NCBI GenBank assembly: GCA_963829155.1
Contig: CAWHIA010000012.1
Location: 70,831-134,830, forward strand
Direction: 5' to 3'
Length of the DNA stretch: 64,000 bases
Source of the DNA: an uncultured Chloroflexia bacterium
GTDB lineage: Bacteria > Chloroflexota > Limnocylindria > Limnocylindrales > CSP1-4
Positions 58,711 through 64,000 of this stretch are shown here, piece by piece. Position 1 is the stretch's first letter; every line of letters begins with the position of its first letter. Both the position numbers and the translations under genes were made by a program. The notes under the pieces were generated by a model. The model was not told the origin of the DNA. It did no database searches and was given only the letters and a program-made list of their open reading frames with translations.

Positions 58711-59350
58711 GCGAGCTCGAGGACGCGGCCCTGGATGCGCCCGGCGTCCGGGTACTCCTCGTCGTGGGCGATGCCGGCCTCGGACAGGCCGAGCGCGATC
58801 GCAGCAGCGTCGGTCATGAACAGGTAGGGATGGATCCCGGTCCGCTCTCGGACGCTGTTCTTGAGCAGCCGATGCGCCACCGTCACGGACGGGCCGAGCA
58901 GGTCGCTCCCCGACCCGACCGCCTGGCGGACCACGTGACCCCGGTGGAGAACGGCCTTGAGGTCGAGGTGCGCGACGGTCGGACAGGCGGTGCAGACGTG
59001 GTCCGCGGAGGGGATCGCCCGATGGCGGCTGTCGACGAACGATCGGTACATGCGATCCGAGGTCCGTGCAGGACGCGATCGCCCTGCCCGTCGAGACGCG
59101 CCGCGGGAGCCGCCGCGAACACGGCGTCGCCCTCGAGCTTGACCACCGCGAAGTCCGGCTGGATCCCCTCGATCACGGCGTTCAAGAGGGCGGCCAGCAT
59201 CCCGTACGCGGCCGGAATGCCGTCGCTGAAGTCGACCCCGTGCTCGTGCTCGACGCCGGTCATGAAGGCCGTGTAGCCCGAGATGTCCGCGAGCAGCAGG
59301 TACCGCTCCCCCGCGGGCGGCTCCACCTGCGCCGCCGTCGCCGGCGACAT
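58707..59350 (-). pseudogene. DUF2652 family protein (nucleotidyl-cyclase-like fold), with a -1 frame change near 59065
   Basis: The N-terminal part reads MSPATAAQVEPPAGERYLLLADISGYTAFMTGVEHEHG...VVKLEGDAVFAAAP. The C-terminal part reads MYRSFVDSRHRAIPSADHVCTACPTVAHLDLKAVLHRGHVVRQAVGSGSDLLGPSVTVAHRLLKNSV. Confidence 0.75.
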
Positions 59351-59434
59351 CGATCCCTGCGCACTCTCCACAGGCGCATCGTACGTGGAGTCCGAGGGTC
59401 GACGCAGTGCTGTCGTTTCGGTACGCTGCGCGCG

Positions 59435-60111
59435 ATGAGCTTCGACTACGAACAGAAGCCCTCGAGCTCCCGGTTCGTCGACGTCTTCTGGCGCACATAC
59501 GACACCAGCGACGGGACGTACCTCGCGGCGGCGGACGCGTGCTGGGACATGATCTTCATCCGCGGCGCCGATGGGGTCCGGGCGCTCCTGAGCGGTCCGT
59601 CGTCGACGATCACGCCGGTCCCCTACAAGGCCGGCAACCGGAACGTCGGCATCCGGTTCGTCCGTGGATCCTTCCTGACCCACGTGCCGGCGTCGGTCAT
59701 GGTCGACACCACGATCACGCTGCCGATGACGCCCGACGGATCGTTCGTGCTCGCCGGGCACGAGTGGCCGTGCCGACCTACGAGACGGTCGAGTCCTTCG
59801 TAGCGGAGCTGGAGCGGCGCGAGCTCCTCAGCGACGACCCGCTGGTGGTGGCCGTGCTGGCGGGCGACGCACCCGACGCGTCGACGCGATCGGTCCAGCG
59901 GCACGTCGCCCAGGCCACGGGCCTCACGGAGACCCGCATCCGCAAGATCGTGCGCGCCCGCACGGCGGTCGTGATGCTGCAACGGGGCGACTCGATCCTC
60001 GACGTCACGCACGACCTCGGCTATGCCGACCAGGCGCACCTCACGCGAGACCTCAAGTACCTCACGGGGTACACGCCGGGCCAGACGCAGGATCGCAACG
60101 AGCCGATCTAG
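59435..60111 (+). pseudogene. AraC family transcriptional regulator, with a -1 frame change near 59775
   Basis: The N-terminal part reads MSFDYEQKPSSSRFVDVFWRTYDTSDGTYLAAADACWDMIF...GIRFVRGSFL. The C-terminal part reads PTYETVESFVAELERRELL...STRSVQRHVAQATGLT...GYADQAHLTRDLKYLTGYTP (ORF 59407..60111). Confidence 0.78.
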
Positions 60112-60168
60112 CCGCCGCCTCGCGGCGTGTCGTTTGGGTTCAAGACTTGGCGCCCCCGATGCGCTTAG

Positions 60169-61344
60169 ATGGACCTGGCGGACATCGCACCCGAGGACCG
60201 ATCCGTGGAGATCACACCCTTCAGCATCGCCGTGCCCGAGCCCGAGCTCGACGACCTCCTCGCCCGCATCGGGAGGACGCGCTGGCCGGTCGATGTCGCG
60301 ACCGACTGGAGCCGGGGCATGCCGACCTCAGACGCTCGCCGGATCGCCGACTACTGGGCCGGCGACTTCGACTGGCGCGCCCAGGAGGCCAGGCTCAACA
60401 CCCTTCCGCAGTTCACGACCGTCGTCGACGGCCAGACGATCCACTTCGTGCACGTCCGATCGGCGGTCCCGGGCGCCACGCCCCTCCTGCTGCTCCACGG
60501 CTACCCGAGCTCGTTCGTCGAGGCGTCGCGGATGATCGGCCCGCTCGTGGACCCGGAGGCGCACGGCGGTCGCGCCGAGGACGCGTTCCACGTCGTCGTG
60601 CCGTCGCTGCCGGGCTTCGGCTTCTCGACACCGGTGGCCGCACCCGGCTGGGCCATCACTGAGTCCGCGTCGGCGTTCGACCGGATCATGACCGGCCTCG
60701 GCTACGAGCGGTACGGCGTGAGCGGCGGCGACATCGGGGCCGGGGTCGCCGAGCAGCTGTGCATCCAGGCCGGCGACCGCGTCATCGGCTCGCTCGTCGT
60801 CACCGATCCGGGCGCGATCGCGACGGAGTACACGCCGCCGACCGACCACCTGAGCGATGCGGAGAAGGAGCGCCTCGCCGCCCTGAAGGCCGCCCGGGCC
60901 GAGGACTTCGGCTACCTCGGGATCCAGACGACCCGCCCGCAGTCGATCGCCTACGGCCTGACCGACTCGCCGGTCGCCCAGATGACCTGGATCGTCGAGA
61001 AGTTCCAGGAATGGACGGACCCGGCGAAGGACCGGCTGGAGGACGCCGTCGACCTCGACCAGCTGCTCACGCTCGTCAGCGTCTACTGGTTCGGCCGGGG
61101 CGGAGCGGGCGCCGCCAACTTCCTGTACGAAGCGGCCCACGCGGCGGCGGCCTGGGGCCAGACCCACGACCGGCCGCAGGGATTCGTGGCGTTCGGCGAC
61201 GAGCCGCTGATCCGCCGGATCCTCGACCCGCAGAACGCGCTCCCCTACTGGAACCAGCACGCGCAGGGCGGCCACTTCCCGGCGATGGAGGTCCCGGACC
61301 TGCTCGTCGGCGACCTGCGCGCGTTCTTCGCGGGACTCCGCTAA
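60169..61344 (+). CDS. epoxide hydrolase (microsomal-EH-like N-domain plus alpha/beta hydrolase)
   Basis: The sequence reads ITPFSIAVPEPELDDLLARIGRTRWP...QFTTVVDGQTIHFVHVRS...LLLLHGYPSSF (HGxP)...VSGGDIGAG (Asp nucleophile)...GGHFPAME. The ORF is intact at 391 aa. Confidence 0.88.
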   Translation: MDLADIAPEDRSVEITPFSIAVPEPELDDLLARIGRTRWPVDVATDWSRGMPTSDARRIADYWAGDFDWRAQEARLNTLPQFTTVVDGQTIHFVHVRSAVPGATPLLLLHGYPSSFVEASRMIGPLVDPEAHGGRAEDAFHVVVPSLPGFGFSTPVAAPGWAITESASAFDRIMTGLGYERYGVSGGDIGAGVAEQLCIQAGDRVIGSLVVTDPGAIATEYTPPTDHLSDAEKERLAALKAARAEDFGYLGIQTTRPQSIAYGLTDSPVAQMTWIVEKFQEWTDPAKDRLEDAVDLDQLLTLVSVYWFGRGGAGAANFLYEAAHAAAAWGQTHDRPQGFVAFGDEPLIRRILDPQNALPYWNQHAQGGHFPAMEVPDLLVGDLRAFFAGLR

Positions 61345-61354
61345 CGATCGGCGT

Positions 61355-61380
61355 CGAGCCCGGACGGCCGTACCGGCTCG
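61355..61380. terminator. candidate stem-loop between convergent genes
   Basis: CGAGCCCGG-N9-CCGGCTCG forms an 8-bp stem with one bulged C, between the 3' ends of 60169..61344 (+) and 61448..63010 (-). Confidence 0.3.
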
Positions 61381-61447
61381 ATCGATCGCTCGATGTTTGG
61401 CGACGTCGGCGCCAAGTTCGTCTGCGGGTACAGCCGAGCTCGCCGCC

Positions 61448-63010
61448 CTAGCCTTGGCCCGCGGAGCCCGGCGCGGCGTGCGGACGCGCGCTTCCGACGA
61501 CCGCCTCGGCGAGCAGGAACCCCAAGACTTGGGTTGTGGTGAGGATCAAGAGTGTCAGGGGCGTTCCTGCCACATTGGCCAACGCGTTGAACGCACCTCC
61601 CTCGTTGAGCGCGGCGGCGATCGCGCTCACCACGATGCCGACGGTCGCAGCCTCGGCCCAACGATTCGCCGCCACCGCAGTCAATAGTGGGACATTCCTG
61701 ACCAGGAACCGCAGCCGCAGAAGCTCGATCAGTGTCGCCACGATCGTCGAACCGACAACGATGCCAACGATCGCGCCGAGGATCTGACTTGAAGTCGCTG
61801 GTGGGTTGGCGTCGAAACTCGTCAAGGCAAATACGACCCCAATCACGATCCCTATGAGGGATCCGAGCAGGGCGCGCGCGACTCCTCGCGCCATGTCCAA
61901 CGCGAACGGAGGCAGGCCAGTCCGACGGGGGATCTCGGACGCACTGATTGGACTGTCGTTGGACGAAACCTGCCCTTCGAGAGACGGGTGCGCCGACTCA
62001 TTCCTCGCAGTTGCAAGGATCGCCGCAGGTACCGCTGCGGCCGGGGGCGCGCTTCCCAGGGCCTGCGTGGCGCGCTGCGCGACGCGACGGCTGTCGTCGG
62101 TGGTCAGCGCCTGAATGGCCGCCGTTGCCGCCTGCGCCGTCCGCTTGTCCGATGACGACCGGATCCGCTCGAGGTCGATGATCGCGTCGAGGCGGTCGAT
62201 CGGCTCACCGCTCTTCAGGAGCAGCTGCACGCGCTCCGGGAGGAGCTTGACGCTGGGGACGCGCGTGGTCCGCGCGATGACCCAGTCACCGGTCTGATTG
62301 ACGGCCGATTTCGTCGGCGTCTGCGAGGGGGAGGTCTCGCGCACCCGGCGCTCGAGGTAGTCGAAGAGCTCGTTGATAGAGACGTTGCCATCCTCGTCCT
62401 GGTCGGCCTCGCCTGTCCGCAGCCCGTCGACCAGCGCCTGCGTAAAGGGCGACGGACCCGGCGGCTCGCCGACCTGTTGCCCGCCCTCGAACGAGTACTG
62501 CATCGCGTCGGAGGCGGTGATGACGACCATGCCGCGACCGGTGAACTGGTCCTTGACACCCGCGGTCTCCCCTGCGGCGCGTCGGGTCATCCCGGAGCTG
62601 AACGCCCCGGCGAAGCAGCAGTCGAGGAACAGGGCGATCCGCTCGGACCGGCAGCGGTCCATCACGCGGTTCACCCAACTCGCATCGATCCCCGTCGACA
62701 TGAGCCGATCGAGCTTCGTGTCCGACGCGGCGAGGAACAGCTGCCCATCATCGTCCTTGAGGCCGTGGCACGAGACACTCACGAGGAGGAGGTCGTCGCG
62801 CGATCGGTCGGTGAAGAACGCCTCGAGCGTCTCGCGGATCAACGCGGACCGCGCGTTGAGCAGCGTCTTGACCTCGAACCCGCCAATGTCCTGAGATCCG
62901 AGTACGCCCTTGAGCGCCGCCGCGTCCTTGGCCGGCCCTTGGAGGGTCGCGAGACGCTGGTCGGCATACGTGCTCGTCGCGATGATCAGCGCGCTGCGAC
63001 CGGCTCCCAT
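61448..63010 (-). CDS. caspase-family (peptidase C14) protein with an EF-hand loop, HEAT-like repeats and 4 C-terminal TM helices
   Basis: The sequence begins SALIIATSTYAD...LQGPAKDAAAL. The catalytic His is in LLVSVSCHG (aa 82) and the catalytic Cys in ALFLDCCFAG (aa 131/132). The EF-hand loop is DQDEDGNVSINELFDY (aa 203-218). HEAT-like repeats follow (DRLDAIIDLERI...RRVAQRATQALG). The TM helices include LLGSLIGIVIGVVFAL and ILGAIVGIVVGSTIVATLI. The ORF is intact at 520 aa and AT-richer. Confidence 0.85.
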   Translation of the reverse strand: MGAGRSALIIATSTYADQRLATLQGPAKDAAALKGVLGSQDIGGFEVKTLLNARSALIRETLEAFFTDRSRDDLLLVSVSCHGLKDDDGQLFLAASDTKLDRLMSTGIDASWVNRVMDRCRSERIALFLDCCFAGAFSSGMTRRAAGETAGVKDQFTGRGMVVITASDAMQYSFEGGQQVGEPPGPSPFTQALVDGLRTGEADQDEDGNVSINELFDYLERRVRETSPSQTPTKSAVNQTGDWVIARTTRVPSVKLLPERVQLLLKSGEPIDRLDAIIDLERIRSSSDKRTAQAATAAIQALTTDDSRRVAQRATQALGSAPPAAAVPAAILATARNESAHPSLEGQVSSNDSPISASEIPRRTGLPPFALDMARGVARALLGSLIGIVIGVVFALTSFDANPPATSSQILGAIVGIVVGSTIVATLIELLRLRFLVRNVPLLTAVAANRWAEAATVGIVVSAIAAALNEGGAFNALANVAGTPLTLLILTTTQVLGFLLAEAVVGSARPHAAPGSAGQG

Positions 63011-63023
63011 CGCATAGGGCCGA

Positions 63024-63422
63024 TCAGGACACAGGTTGCGGGTGACGGGCCATCCACGCGCCGATGACCTTGTGCTGGTCGGCTTCCGTCATGCCCGTCA
63101 ACTCGAGGGTGTCGTCGCCAATCGTCAGCTTTGCCGTCCGCTGCGGCGACCGCGCGGCCCACGCCTGCACCACGGCGATGACCTGTCCGAGGATCGGGCC
63201 GGCCTTGCCGAGCTCGACGATCAGCTGGCCCAGGATCGCGATGTCGACACCGCGCGCGTCCGCGGGCGCGGGCCCTGCCGACGGTCGGTCGACTCGGTCG
63301 ACATCCAGGCGAAGGAGCTCGCGCCGGAGCGCGGCAGTCAGCTCGTCGAGCTCCGCGGCTGATGCACCCTCGCCCGCGTCGAGGCTGATGTCGAGTGTGC
63401 TGCTCTTCGCGTCCACGTCCAC
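63024..63422 (-). CDS. small protein resembling the 'effector-associated constant component EACC1' family
   Basis: The sequence reads ELDELTAALRRELLRLDVDRVDRPSAGPAPADARGVDIAILGQLIVELGKAGPILGQVIAVVQAWAARSPQRTAKLTIGDDTLELTGMTEADQHKVI. It has a GTG start and ends 13 nt upstream of the caspase gene. The family call is from memory of the sequence pattern, not from a search. Confidence 0.55.
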   Translation of the reverse strand: MDVDAKSSTLDISLDAGEGASAAELDELTAALRRELLRLDVDRVDRPSAGPAPADARGVDIAILGQLIVELGKAGPILGQVIAVVQAWAARSPQRTAKLTIGDDTLELTGMTEADQHKVIGAWMARHPQPVS

Positions 63423-63474
63423 CCCATCCCGCAGGGAACGATCCTACGCTCCAGTACAAGAGGGTCTCCCTGGG

Positions 63475-64000
63475 TCAGCGCGACGGGACCTCGATGTCCG
63501 CGGTCGGCTGCAGGTCGAACCGGATCGGGTCCTGGTAGAGGTAGCTCGCCATGAGGTGGGTCTCGGCCTCGGTGTAGTCGCCGGTGAACACGAAGTTGCC
63601 GTTCCTCGTCTGGCCGTCGATCGGCAGCGTCGCCAGGACGGTCCCGTCGAGGACGAGCGCCACGTACTCGCCCTGGTGGGTCGAGGCGAACGCCAGGAAC
63701 GCGTCCGTCGCCTCGTTGGACAGGTGGATCGCGAGCCCACGACGCCCGGTCAGCAGGATCGACGTGGGCCGTCGTCAGGCCCGCGCGCGACGGCGGCGCG
63801 ATCGGCGGCAGCGACGGGTCGATCTGGGTCCCGGCGGCGGGCAGCGCGGTGCCGCCTGGGCTGGCGGCCGTTCCGTACGTGCTCGGCGGCAGGGGCACGA
63901 CCGTCAACGCGCCGTGCGCGAGGATGAGCCGGCGATCCGCGTCCGGGTCCGTCGAGCCGCAGATCGTGACGCCGACACGGTCTGGTTCGAGGGTGTCGAC
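63475..64000 (-). pseudogene. protein with a SecD-P1-head-like C-terminal domain; the 5' end is beyond the right edge, and there is a +1 frameshift near 63750
   Basis: The frame open from 64000 reads VDTLEPDRVGVTICGSTDPDADRRLILAHGALTVVPLPPSTYG...AGLTTAH. It continues in the +1 frame as SILLTGRRGLAIHLSNEATDAFLAFASTHQGEYVALVLDGTVLATLPIDGQTRNGNFVFTGDYTEAETHLMASYL. Confidence 0.55.

Noticed and set aside
1-64000. A search for CRISPR arrays, tRNA/rRNA genes, IS elements, integrases, and direct repeats bordering the AT-richer islets.
   Set aside because: I could see no repeat-spacer periodicity, no T-arm or anticodon-arm patterns, and no DDE/tyrosine-recombinase/serine-recombinase motifs in any frame. 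Absence by eye is not proof, and a tRNAscan/ISEScan run would settle it.

Overview
The window is about 70% GC by eye. Its gene families point to an Actinomycetota-like chromosome: F420/deazaflavin enzymes, a mycothiol-type DinB, a LipJ-like hydrolase-cyclase and cyclase-ATPase-TPR giants. This taxonomic call is an inference.

I support about 65 protein-coding loci. I found no rRNA, tRNA, CRISPR array, transposase or integrase.

- **Core block:** 3.2-9.0 kb carries ymdB-like, PHP, miaB, miaA and hflX.
- **Accessory remainder:** the rest is accessory and regulatory. It holds seven class-III nucleotidyl-cyclase genes plus one cyclase-like DUF2652, a cNMP-binding protein, and TetR/ArsR/PadR/AraC/GlxA/LuxR regulators. 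It also holds three RibD_C (DHFR-like) paralogues, DinB/VOC/F420 enzymes, a LigD-type ligase and a TetM/OtrA-like GTPase.

Main observations:
1. A co-transcribed EACC1-like small protein plus a caspase-EF-hand-HEAT-4TM protein lies on an AT-richer islet at 61.4-63.4 kb. This is my best candidate for an uncharacterised conflict or cell-death module.
2. Three other AT-richer islets each encode one intact multi-TM protein with an unusual soluble domain: pentapeptide repeats, a REC-like domain, or an unknown domain.
3. At least 40 frame disruptions occur, mostly single-base insertions in G/C runs, in roughly one third of the genes. They are very dense at 40.3-45.1 and 46.2-48.2 kb. They indicate either assembly indel error or unusual gene decay.
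4. A sigma-70 region-2-only module abuts a Kelch propeller and is probably fused to it.

The ORF track counts GTG/TTG as 'M' starts. Most long Arg/Pro-rich ORFs in it are shadow frames of real genes. Start codons below are best guesses, and frameshift coordinates are approximate (about +/-10 nt).
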